The notes below the pieces were generated by a model. It did no database searches. It was not told the origin of the DNA and worked only from the letters and a program-made list of their open reading frames with translations. A DNA stretch of 39,408 nt from Peribolospora baueri (Eukaryota). Of this stretch, positions 12,935 through 23,045 are shown piece after piece. The stretch is from contig JAMDHS010000050.1 of NCBI GenBank assembly GCA_029717555.1, positions 124,001-163,408 of the forward strand. The letters are read 5' to 3'. Positions within the stretch are counted from its first letter, which is position 1; each line of letters starts with the position of its first letter. The translations under genes were made by a program, and so were the position numbers.

Positions 12935-12982
12935 TCCTCCTATCGTAGATCTCGTGAACGGATGTATTCCCTTTGTTCACAC
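12935..12982. repeat. Right copy of the 48-bp inverted repeat (partner at 11004-11051)
   Basis: tcctcctatcgtagatctcgtgaacggatgtattccctttgttcacac. Confidence 0.9.
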
Positions 12983-13210
12983 GATTGTCATTGTCTAGGC
13001 GACTAGGGACCAGCCGACCAAGTCGTGTCACTCTTGTGCTCGATTGATTGTTCTCATGTATATAAGACATAAGACGAAGCCGCAACTCACTTGAGGGGAA
13101 TGAAGTGAACAGTTCCCAGCTACCCTGCTAACAGCTTTGTACCCTCGCATTGGCGTTCTTAAACCCTTCGTTGACTCCGTCGGACGTGGCCTCACAAAGT
13201 CACACGATTG
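12974..13210. mobile_element. LTR-like remnant, about 220 bp
   Basis: TGT...CCTCACA ends (12974/13196), internal TATATAAG; TCACACGATTG repeated at 12977-12987 and 13200-13210; no clean TSD. Confidence 0.35.
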
Positions 13211-13289
13211 CTATTGATTGAAGAGAGAAGCTCGATTCGAGAGAAAGCAGTAGTCGAGCTCTCCCGACCCAACGCGCACGAGATCGCCA

Positions 13290-13510
13290 TGTCTTGAGTA
13301 GCCGGTGTTTAACTTATTAATCCTTTCGCCAGTTGTAGAAGTGCATCGACGTGAGCTGGCCAAACGTCGTGCTGGCGAGGCCAATGTTGAGCGACTGGCT
13401 CTTAGAGATGAACGCTCCGCGGTCGACAGCCACGTCGATGATGACCTTCTGGGAGATTTCCCAGACCGTCTCGTAGAGCCTCTTCAGATCGTTGGGCATG
13501 CCGGGCACTG
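13290..13510 (-). pseudogene. RNR1: Fragment of the ribonucleotide reductase large subunit (C-terminal region), decayed
   Basis: [38 protein letters not shown]...[11 protein letters not shown] matches class Ia RNR1; frame breaks near the expected GLKTGMYY; preceded by branch-like TTAAC and CAG acceptor. Confidence 0.85.
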
Positions 13511-13547
13511 TAAAGCGTTAATGAAAGGAGCAATTAAAAACAAAAAA

Positions 13548-13903
13548 GAGTGTCACGACTTGGACTCGCCGCGTAGCTGGCTCTGGCTGGTTGCGTTTGG
13601 CCGACTCGCCTGCTGCTTCTTAGACCTCAGTAACTATCCCTACCCCCCGCTCCTCCCCGGATGTCCGTTTAAACCCTAACCACTGCAGGCCGCGGCACAC
13701 CGGCTTCATACGAGCTCATCCTTGCACAGGAGAGGGGCCTACTGCGGGATTACGGAGATGAGCGGAGAAGAACGGAGGGGAAGAATAGATAGACGAGAAT
13801 AAAGCAGTTCAGTCAAGAGTCGAACTGGCGTCCTCAGCCTGAGGGAAGATGAATCCATACGATACCGATTCAAACGTCTTTCATCCAGCTCAGCCACAGA
13901 CAC
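13548..13903 (-). ncRNA. Putative Pol III-transcribed structured ncRNA, long paralog (about 356 nt); unknown family, SRP RNA not excluded
   Basis: A box TGGCTGAGCTGG (13885-13896) at +8, B box AGTTCGACTC (13817-13826), T6GT5 terminator (13536-13547), terminal stem GTGTC/GACAC, long internal hairpin whose G-U pairs favour the minus strand. Confidence 0.65.
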
Positions 13904-14053
13904 ATTATTGTCTTTCTTTTCTTCCATCGACATTCTTAACCCTCTTCGTTGACCCTGTTCAACCACCACCTCCTCCATCACTCACCACTCAAATCACACC
14001 TCACAGCACATTGTTAAAAAACAAATACCCGCTTCCTCTCCTCCTCCCTCGAC

Positions 14054-16760
14054 ATGCCTACCTGCTTCTCATGCGGTAGCACCGACATCGTTCACGAGGT
14101 CGACGCCAGCTTCTGCGGCCAGTGCGGCGTCGTCCTCGATCAGGGCACCATCGTCAGCGAGATCACCTTTGGAGAATCCAGCACCGGCGCAGCCGTCGCC
14201 CAGGGAAGTTTTCTCGGAGAACATGATGGTGAGTTATATGGCATGTCTGCTCCGAAACCTCTGGGTGCACGGCAGTATGGTGTGGCGTGGCGTAGAGGAG
14301 ACATGAGCCACTCGGAAGGAGGGCGCTCGCCGCTCGGCGTCGCATGTACAAACCTGACACACTTCAACGCACTCCGTTCCAGTCCGCGCAAAAACCAACG
14401 GTCCCTACCGAAGCGGAGGTGGCGAATCTCGAGAGCAGACCCTGGCCAACGGTGAGATTTTGGTGCCTTTTCAGGTCAGCAAGCTCGCGCAGTCGCAGCG
14501 CTGACAGGCAAGTGTGCACGGGCCTCCTCCTCCCCGCCCTCCCCCTTCTTCAACCAGCCCGCGGGCGCATTCGCCGAATTGCCTTCGGCCTCAAAGTAGG
14601 CCAAGCGGAAGAGGACATGGCCTACCGCTTCTTCAGCCTCGCGCTCTCTAACCACTTCGTCCAGGGTCGCCCCTCGGATCACGTCGTCGCCGCCTGCCTG
14701 TACGTTGCATGCAGAATCGGAAAGACGAGCCACATGCTCATCGATTTTGCCGATGCCATGGGGGTGAGTACCCTTGTATGTGGTTTGTCGGTGTCAGACG
14801 TGTTAGGTGATTAAGACTTCCTGATTAAGACTTCCTTTCCCTCCCTGTCGTAGGTGAACGTCTTCGTGGTAGGCAGCACCTACCTCAAGCTTGTCAAGGT
14901 GCTCAACCTGGCCCACAACACCGGTGACTCTGGCGGCAAGGCCTTCCTGCCGAGCATCGACCCCTCTATCTACATTTCCCGCTTTGCGGCCCGCCTTCAT
15001 TTTGGCGACGAGACTCCCAAGGTCGCCGCCGACGCCACGCGGCTCGTCCAGCGCTTCAAGCAGGACTGGCTTGAGGTTGGCCGCCGGCCAGCGGGAATCT
15101 GCGGTGCTTGTCTCCTGCTCGCAGCGAGGATGAACAACTTCCACCGCAGCGTCGCCGAGATCGTGCAGGTAGTCAAGATCGCGGACGTGACGCTTAAGAA
15201 GCGCCTCGACGAGTTCAAGGCCACCCCCAGCGGCCAGCTCACCGTGCAGGATTTCAACAACCTCTGGCTCGAAGAGAGCGCCGACCCACCCGCGTTTCAG
15301 AGGGCCAGGCTATCGGAGAAGAAGGAGAAACATAAGAGGCGTGGCGGCGGCGGCGGCATGGACGCCAAGGGTAAGGGGAAGCAGAGGGAAGCAGACGATG
15401 ATGACGACGATGACGACGTAGACGATGAAGGCGAAGAAAGGGAGGAGGACCGCTCGGAGCAGACGTCCCCTTCAGCCGTAGCCAAGCTGTCTAGCTCGAG
15501 TTCCGCATCCGTCGCATCAAAGCTGCCCAACTCGGATTCGACGGCCGTGCCCGCCCGCTCGTCTCAACCGGCTCCTGGGGAGGACGCCGACGCCAGCGGG
15601 CCACGACCGTCTCCTCCAGACGCAGCCGGCGCCGCGCCCTATCCTCCCTTGGACCAGCTGGCAGATGAAGTGCTCTCCACCGAGGTGAACGCCTTCCTCG
15701 GCACTGAAAAAGCCAAGCAGCTCCAAGCCGAGCTCGACAAAGCGGATGAGAGGCGTAGGGCACAGGTGGAGGCCAACGTTGCTCGCGAGGGACCCTCAGA
15801 CCTTGGCTTCAACTTGGACGAGGACAAGGAGTTGGACGTGTTCTTGCTCAGCGAGGAGGAAGTCAGGATCAAGTCGCGCGTTTGGATGGAGTTCAATAAG
15901 GATTGGCTTGAGGAGCTTGCCGGTGAGCGTCTGCCTTTTTTCGCGGCCATGAAAAGAACTTGACCAGCAACCCGTTTCTGACCCGTTGCCGATCTTTTCT
16001 TTCTGCGCTTTGCCCGTACAGCCAAAGAAGCGAAGGAGGAGATGGATCAGAAGAACGGAATCCAGAAGACCAACAGGCCTGTGAGTCTCCGTACCCCTCT
16101 CGACGACTGCCTCGCATTCTCCCCGCTGACGGCAGTCCCTCTTTCATCCCTCGTCTCTCTCTCGTGGCGTCCTGCGTGACCCTGCAGAGGAAGAAACCAC
16201 GAAAGCCTCGAGATTCGTCGACGGCCATGTCATCCTCCGCCGCCGAATCGGCAGCGCAGATGTTTGAGAAGAAAAAGTTCTCCAAGAAGATCAACTACAA
16301 CGCGTTGAACAGCTTGTTCGACGCCAGTTTCGGCTCCGAGGAGAAGAAGCCTGTCGTCAGCAGCTCGTCCTCCTCGTCGAGTGGCAAGAAGCGTAAACAC
16401 AGGGATGCTTCCTCGGCGGCGGAGCGGGGTGGGTACAGCGATTGGGACATTGTGGACGAGTCTGACGGGTACTACTTGAGCGACGGGCAGAAGATGGAGA
16501 TCGTCGAAGGGGACGACGAGGCGCCTGCGGCACATCAGCAGAAGGGGAAGAGGAGGAACAGCGAGGCGATGGAAAGCGTCGCTGGGTTCACGGAGGGCGA
16601 GGGGCAGGAGGAGGAAGCGGACTATGCAGACGAATATGCCGACGTGAGCCGCCTTCTCCTTCTCCTTCGTCTTTCCTTTCTTTTCCATCGACCTACTTTC
16701 GCTCACCTCTTTCACCTCGTCTTTTGCCTTTCACGACAGCCCGATGTTTGGAACGACTGA
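14054..16760 (+). CDS. BRF1: TFIIIB subunit Brf1; about 7 exons
   Basis: Zn ribbon CFSC...CGQCG then IVSEITFGE; cyclin repeats (VAACLYVACR, IDPSIYISRFA, GRRPAGICGACLLLAARMNNF); LSEEEVRIKSRVWMEFNKDW; FSKKINYNAL. Confidence 0.95.
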
Positions 16761-16921
16761 TATCCAATCACTATAACACGTCCGACACGAAACTCGATGT
16801 CCGCCCCCCCGCGGCTGTCATCACGCTTTCCTTCCCGCCTTCACCGTCTTCGCTAACTGGATCCGATCTTCGCTCCGCCGTTCGTGCTCATCTAGACCAT
16901 CCGTTATCGCCCGTCATATTA

Positions 16922-16970
16922 TGTACCACCCTTGTACCGCTTTGTACCGCCTTGTACCGCCTTTGTACCA
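16922..16970. repeat. Short tandem repeat of a unit of about 10 bp (YTTGTACCGC), 4-5 copies
   Basis: cttgtaccgc tttgtaccgc cttgtaccgc ctttgtacca downstream of BRF1. Confidence 0.7.
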
Positions 16971-17539
16971 CCACCGCCACATCCTCCCAGTTGCGGAGAA
17001 GAATCCATGTACTCTGCGTCACGAGCGAATCTACACCATGGTTTAGTTATACACCAGCGGCGGTGGCGGGCAGTTAAAGGAAGAAGGAAGCGCCATGAAA
17101 GAGAGCGCGCAAGGTCAGCCGTCCAACGCGACGCCGCAGCGCGCCGACAAACTTCTGAATTCTAGAGCCTCGAACGACGACCGGGCAGACGAACGAGAGG
17201 AACGACAGGGCAGAAGGACTCAAAATGGCCGGCCGGCCCGGCTCGGCTGGACTGAGCCTTGCGCGCGGTGACCGTCGGGAACGCGTTGCGTGCGCGCACC
17301 TCGCTCTAGTAGAGCCTGCTCGGTGTCTACAACACGACCGGGGGCTACCTCTTCATACATACGGATCTGTCCGACAAGAAAGGGGAGACGGGGAACGGAC
17401 GGTGATTGTCGCATCGGGAACGAGCAGAAAAGGGGGTGAGTGCAGGAAAGCAGAGGTTCGGCCTCGGTTCGCCAAATCGTAGTGACGTCCCCTCATCTGG
17501 TCTCGTCTCGCTGACGTGCGTCGTCGATATCCAGGTACG

Positions 17540-20078
17540 TCATGTCCTGTTGACGACCACCTTGTGTCCCGAAGCCTCCTGCTTCTTCGCTTGCAGTGCC
17601 GTAAGCGCGGCTGGGAGAGGAAAGGAAGGGGAAAAACAAAAATCGCCGGGAAGGAGGAAGAGACACCAGTCGTGAGAGATGAGATGATATGATGGGAGGG
17701 ACGTCGCCAACACGACGAAGACGAAAACAAAGACGAGACAGCGGGCAAAGAAGTGGGAGACAGAGCGCATTCGGAGAGGCGTACGCCTTCTAGTCCCGAC
17801 CACGTCGAAACGAATCGCTCACTCACCCCCGACGCCGCTGCCATCCTTCGCCAAACCCATCTTGATCCTCTTCTCGCCCTCCTCCCCCAACAGCTCGGCT
17901 AAACCCTTTCGCATGCGGTCCTGGAAGCCCGGATAGAACTCGGCGACGCTGCCATCGACACCGATGTAAATCGCGTCCTCCTCGTCCGCCTCTCCCTTCA
18001 CCTTCGAGTCGCTCCTCTGCCCCTTCCCCTGCACCTTGCCTGTATGGAGGATGACGGCGGCTATGGCACATGCGGAGAGACGAGCAGCTCTCATGCCGAT
18101 GGCCCTGCAGACGCGCTTGACCACACGGCAGTCCTGATCCGACACGTGCTCTCGAGGCAGCTTGAGCGTGCCCACGAGCACCCTTCGCGTCGCCAACAGG
18201 TCCGGGGAGTCGTCCGCCTCGATGGAGGACATGTAGGCTGTGTCGAAGCCGTATTGGGTGTTGAGGAGGGTGGACGAGTAGCCGGAGAAGAGCAGAGACA
18301 GGTCGACGAGGTGAAGCAGACAGACTCGGGTCACTTCGCCCAGATCTGCGACGAGTCGCGAACGAACAAGGGACGGCGAATGAGGATGCCACGCGAGGCC
18401 AGTCAAACGAACAAGGCATCCTCTTTTCCTTCTCCCCAACCGATTACTCACACATGCCGCTGATCATCTTCTCGAACGTCTGCTGGCGAGGGTTAATGGA
18501 CTTTCGGTCGACGTGGTTGTCAAAGAGCGTGATAGGAAGCACTTTTCGCTGCGGGCGGGAACCAGAGCGATGCCAGCAGAGCGAAGATGGAATCCACAGT
18601 CAGTCTAACGGGCCCCGTCCTTGGCATCCTTGCCAGACGTGTGCGAAATCCGATGAGCCGCTCGCTCACCTCGTTGTCGTACGCGCCCCACTCGGTATTG
18701 ACAATCATGTGATCCGGCATATTGTCGCTCGCGCCCAGTCTCGCCTGCTGACGCTCGAGGTCCTTGATGGCGTCGCCTAGCTTTTCGATCCTCTCCAGGT
18801 TCTCGACGTACGCGCCGTTGGTGCCGGTGCCAAAAATGGCGCCGACAAGGGCGCCACCAGTCTGGTAGCCCCGAGTGAGGAGCGTTCCGACTGTGTCGTT
18901 CACCAGTGCGTTCACTCGCACCTTGATGTGTTTACGATCGAGAGCAGCTTGAAGGAGTTGAACGACATCCTTACCCGGTGCGTCGGGACAGTGGAAACCT
19001 TTGGTCCAATGGATCTAGAAACGTATGCGGTTAGCGCCATAATCTTAGCCGCAGCGCCGCTTGGTGTCACTCGCACTCACCAGCTTGCCTCGGTCAATGG
19101 CGGTTTGGTCGACAGGCTGGTTGAGATGAAAAAGGACAGGTTAAGCAGTCCGAGAGATCGGCCTACCATCAAGTATAAAGACTTTCCAATCCACAAGTGT
19201 TGCTTTTCCTCTGCCGCTTTCCTCGAGGTCTTCATAGAGTATAGCCACCCGTCCTTTCCGCTGTCATACTCACAAAGCTAAAAGTGAAGCCCATGAGCAA
19301 AGGTTCCCCGGAGCCGACGGTAGTGCCAAAGTCGGTGAGGAAGGTGTCTACGCTGTCTGCGATGTAGTTGAAAAGGTTCTGCACCGGCCCTCCCTTGAGT
19401 GCCTCGGAGCTGTAAGTGGGGTGACGAGCGAAGGGAGGAGGGAAGCGAGGAGATGGACGGGAGACTTGAGCGCACGATCGAAACGCTTGGAGAGGTCGCC
19501 AATCCTCTCGCTCACTCGCTCGCATAGCCACTCACACTTTGTATTTCTCCTGCTTCATGGTGAACTCGCGGTTCCCCAGGAGTCGCACCTCGCACACTCG
19601 TCTGCGGAAAAGCCGCACGGAGGTAGGAAAGGCGTCAAGAAGGAGCGCCTCTGGAGGCATTAGGACGTAGCCGTTGGAAGGGAGATGCACATTAAGAAGC
19701 TCACAGGTTGGTACCGCCCAAATCAAGGGCAAGAAAGGTGCCGCGTTCTGAACCGTTTGGGACGCCGGTGACTGTTCCGGGACGGTGGACGTGGTGAGCG
19801 GACAGAGGAGAGCGAGACAAGGAAGGGGACAGGAAGAACGAGGGAATAGGACGGTGGTCAAGCTCACCAAAGGTGGGGACCATGGCCATGTCGGCTCCAT
19901 ACCTCTGGAGGCCATCGCGGAAAAGGACATGAAAGTGGTCGACGATCTGTCTGAGCTTTGGGGTGGAGAGGTGGAACTGACTCTCGATGTTGCTGAGCGC
20001 GGCTGCAAGAGGGGCAGACAAGGGCGTGTGAACGCCAGAGTTGGTGGAGGGCGGAGAAGGAGGGGAGGAGAAGGACAT
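17540..20078 (-). CDS. HXK: Hexokinase, multi-exon
   Basis: MAMVPTF, FLALDLGGTNL/RVC, MGFTFSF, IHWTKGF, ALVNDTVGTL, IFGTGTNGAY, NTEWGAYDN, FEKMISGM, RAARLSA, VDGSV, KDGSGVG/AALTA. Confidence 0.95.
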
Positions 20079-20683
20079 GGTCGAAGGGAATGTGGGAGAT
20101 GGGGGAGCGAAAGGAGGAGGAGGACGAGTTGTGCGGGGGAGGTCCGTCGTCGCGGCGATCGGCTCATCCTCTCGTCGGCTCTTCTTACTTGGATCTGCTG
20201 ATCTGATCATCTTCGTCTCGAGCGCACGTGATCCGCTCTTGCCTGCCGCGCAGGAACCGAAGAACACCGTTAACAGCCGTCTGCCTCCGTTCCGGCGGCC
20301 TTTGATCGAAGGGCAAGTCGAGCCGGCCAGGTCGTTCGCGCACGTGACCCATATCGACCACCACCACGAGCGACGACGGGAATGAGGGTCGCGGAGACAT
20401 ATACCAACTGTACGGGCGTATGTGCAATTCCTTCCGAGCATGCATTCGTTCAATAAGGAAAAGGAAGCACCGCCCATATCTCTCCTCCTTTCCCAGGCGT
20501 GTTTGAACACCTCAACCTCCGAGCAAGCTGCTGACCACCGTTCGTCCACAACCTGCTGGACTGTGCGCGCTCGGCAGTAGGGCATGCTGCGTCCGTGGCA
20601 ATAGAGTGCCGTCGAGGCGGGCTAAGAGTCGACCTGACTCTTAGAAACGGCCCGCGCTCACCATTGCTCCCACCAGCACAAAG

Positions 20684-21420
20684 TTGAGCTTCTTCAAGGC
20701 GCATCTCGTCCAGTCTGAGGGCATTTACCATGCCCTACCCGTCTTCCCGGGGAATTCGGGGGGCTCAGCGCCATCGTCACCGGCGCCAATGGCATCTCTG
20801 GCGCGGACCGTGAGTGCCTCTTGCTTTGCTCACCATACCCTGGCCCGATTTGTTCAACCTGTCTCTCAATCTTCATTGGAGCCCTCAGACTCGTATTCCC
20901 CAGCGCTAGTCCGACGCTTACGCTCACCCAGGTGGCCGCCGTCTGGCAAGCTGCCAGACCATGTCCACCATGTCCCTCTCGACTTCCTAAACAACGACCC
21001 CGAGAGGATTGCGGCCGAGATGTACGCAAAGGGAAGGAACGCCAATTTCTTTTTTTTCTAAGCCTACCTGCAGCCGCCGGCAAAGGAGGGAGAAGGCATT
21101 CGGGAAAACGCGCAGGTTGTCGTCAACGTCAATGGTATACGTCATTCCCTCTGGATAGCAGGACTGTACCGGCGCCTCGTATACTCAACGCTTGCTGTTT
21201 GTCTTCTTTCCACGGCAGAGCGCATGCTCCGTAACTTGCTCGAGGCTCTTCTCATCGCCAGCGACACCGGGCCCTCCGGGAGCCCCTCTTTTTGCTTGAC
21301 TGTGCCGAGTCCGCCACCTGGGAACCTTTTTTCGGCCACGTTGCGGCGCAGGAAGCGACCTAACGGAGGCGTATTTATTTGCTGGTACATCACTTCCTCG
21401 CGCAGACGGACCAGCTATGA
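20684..21420 (+). pseudogene. SirQ-like / PRISE (progesterone 5-beta-reductase-type) atypical SDR pseudogene, 3'-truncated
   Basis: GIYHALPVFP, frameshift in a G-run, GLSAIVTGANGISG (Rossmann motif), in-frame TAG where Trp is expected, HVPLDFL..PERIA, FFF/SYLQP, MLRNLLEAL; no ATG start. Confidence 0.7.
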
Positions 21421-22061
21421 CGGACAGAGCGACCACCGTACATGATTAGGAGACGGAAGCGTTGAGAGACGGAAGCGTTGCGGAGCATTTATGCACTAAT
21501 ACAAGATTTCCTCGCGCGGACGGACAGAGCGGCTGCCGTGCAGGATTGGGAGATGGAAGCGTTGGGAAACGGAAGGGTTGGGGAGACGGAGAGGGAGGAA
21601 GTCGAGACATTGTTTTGTCCTTTCCATCTTCATCCCGAGGTGGGACATGGTCTCATTCACACTCAACAAATGCCCTTGTCATGAACGAAGAGCGGTCCGG
21701 TCCCAGGAAGAAAGTATAAAAAGGGACCGTTTCCCCGCCCGCTCTCCCTCCTCCATCTTCAAGCCAACCCGCTCCAGGATCCTACTCCTCTCCCTACTCC
21801 ATAACCATTACTGGCAAGCCTTCTCCTCTCTCGTCCCGCTTTGCCATAACCCTCACACCATGCCACCGACTCCATCATAAACTGCGTCTGCTCCTTAACG
21901 CCTGAATCTTTGGCATCTTCATCACCGCGGCGGTCCTGATGGTACTCTATCCTGGCTAATCACCATATGAAGTGAGTGTATTGGGGAAGTCAGGCATTCC
22001 GACCTTGGAAACGAAGACTTAACATGTCTTGTGGTCCATACTATTTCAGGAATTCGTCGAT

Positions 22062-22305
22062 GTTCTTACACAGAGCTCGACCTGGGCCGCCCTCACGCAC
22101 CACTACTATTTCATCAGCCAGTGCGCCTAATTTCACACCTGGGCCGCCCACGCGCGCCACTACTTCTTCAGCACGTTCGATATTCTCACACGGAACTCGA
22201 TCTGGGCCGCCCTCGCGCAATCATCGCTACCGCTTCAGCCCCTTCGCCTGTTCTCACACGAACTCGGCCCGGGCCACCCTCACGCACCACCACTGCGGCT
22301 TCAGT
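22062..22305. repeat. Four diverged tandem repeats of about 60 bp
   Basis: Recurring core CTGGGCCGCCCTCACGCACCACTAC. Confidence 0.8.
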
Positions 22306-22365
22306 TAGCTAGCCTTACACAGTCTTCTCCTCCTCATTCCCACCTCTCCCCTTCTACCCACTCCT

Positions 22366-23045
22366 GATGATCCGACCCCCAACAGGGTTGCAATGGCTAC
22401 CCGCCTTGCACCTATCGATTTCCCGGTCGAGCTTAACCCACTGGGCAGCTCCTGCGGGAACGTTGAGGGGGAGACATAGGGATGACGATCATTGCTCCTT
22501 CCAAACCTATCCCTCCGTCCAAGTAGACGTCTCCCATCGCTCCACCTAAACCTCTCCTCTCCTACGCACTCCCGATGATCCGACTGCGTTTCACCCCAAC
22601 AGGGTTGCAATGGGTACCCGCCTTGCTCCTATGGATTTCCTGTCTGAGCTCAACCCACTGGGCAGCTCCTGGGGGAAACATAGGGATGACGATCATTGCT
22701 CCTTCCAAACCCATCCCTCCATCTAAGTAGATGTCTCCCAACCCTCCATCCTAATATCTCCCATCCCCCACCCAGGTAGACCTCTCTCATCTTCCTACTC
22801 AAGTAGACGCATACCTCTAGCCTCCAAGTCTATCCCCCCACCCAAGGAGTAGACTTCTCCCCCTCCTTCCCCGCCCCGATGATCAGACTTAGTGTTTCCC
22901 CCAACGGGTCGCAACGCGTACCAATTGGTGCCCCTGCGGCCTGGAGGTCCCATTGGAGCTCAGCCCTCTTGTAGGAAATGGGCGCCTTTGGGTTCCGCCT
23001 GGAATGAGGACACCAGGAATGACGATCATCGCTCCTTCCCTGGTG
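22366..23045. repeat. Three diverged direct repeats of about 170-200 bp (starts near 22366, 22574, 22878)
   Basis: Shared GATGATC..., CCCCAAC(A)GGGT(T/C)GCAA, GAGCT, GACGATCAT(T/C)GCTCCTTCC. Confidence 0.85.

Larger units (their letters stand above)
21860..23045 (+). pseudogene. Decayed gene for an internally repetitive protein (hydrophobic N-terminus, about 60-bp and about 200-bp repeat blocks)
   Basis: TATAAAAAGG near 21715; ATG 21860; IFGIFITAAVLMVLY stretch; GTGAGT...CAG intron about 21972-22049; repeats give xDxLTxxSxWAALxHHY-like peptides broken by stops and frameshifts. Confidence 0.4.

Noticed and set aside
13670..13681. AAACCCTAACC as a telomerase RNA template on the plus strand
   Set aside because: A/B boxes, terminator and G-U pairing all point to a minus-strand transcript, where this reads GGTTAGGGTT (not a template); no pseudoknot identified. 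Not excluded without data.
13703..13740. U6-like stretch (CCTGTGCAAGGATGA) preceded by an intron-like pyrimidine tract and CAG, suggesting an intron-split U6 gene
   Set aside because: No ACAGAGA box or AGC triad context; the pyrimidine tract is explained by pairing with the downstream G-rich strand
13810..13903. Intact Ser/Leu/Sec tRNA gene (also 10900-10992)
   Set aside because: T-stem 3' strand and adjacent acceptor 3' strand are missing; the D-stem does not pair canonically
10909..13910. The two direct repeats of about 90 bp as LTRs of the copia element
   Set aside because: No TG...CA termini, PPT not adjacent, and they carry A/B boxes and belong to units with their own terminators
14810..14837. 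14-bp tandem duplication GATTAAGACTTCCT in BRF1 intron 3
   Set aside because: Real, but most simply replication slippage with no evident function
22062..22305. CRISPR-like repeat-spacer array
   Set aside because: Eukaryotic context, diverged tandem units without unique spacers, no cas genes
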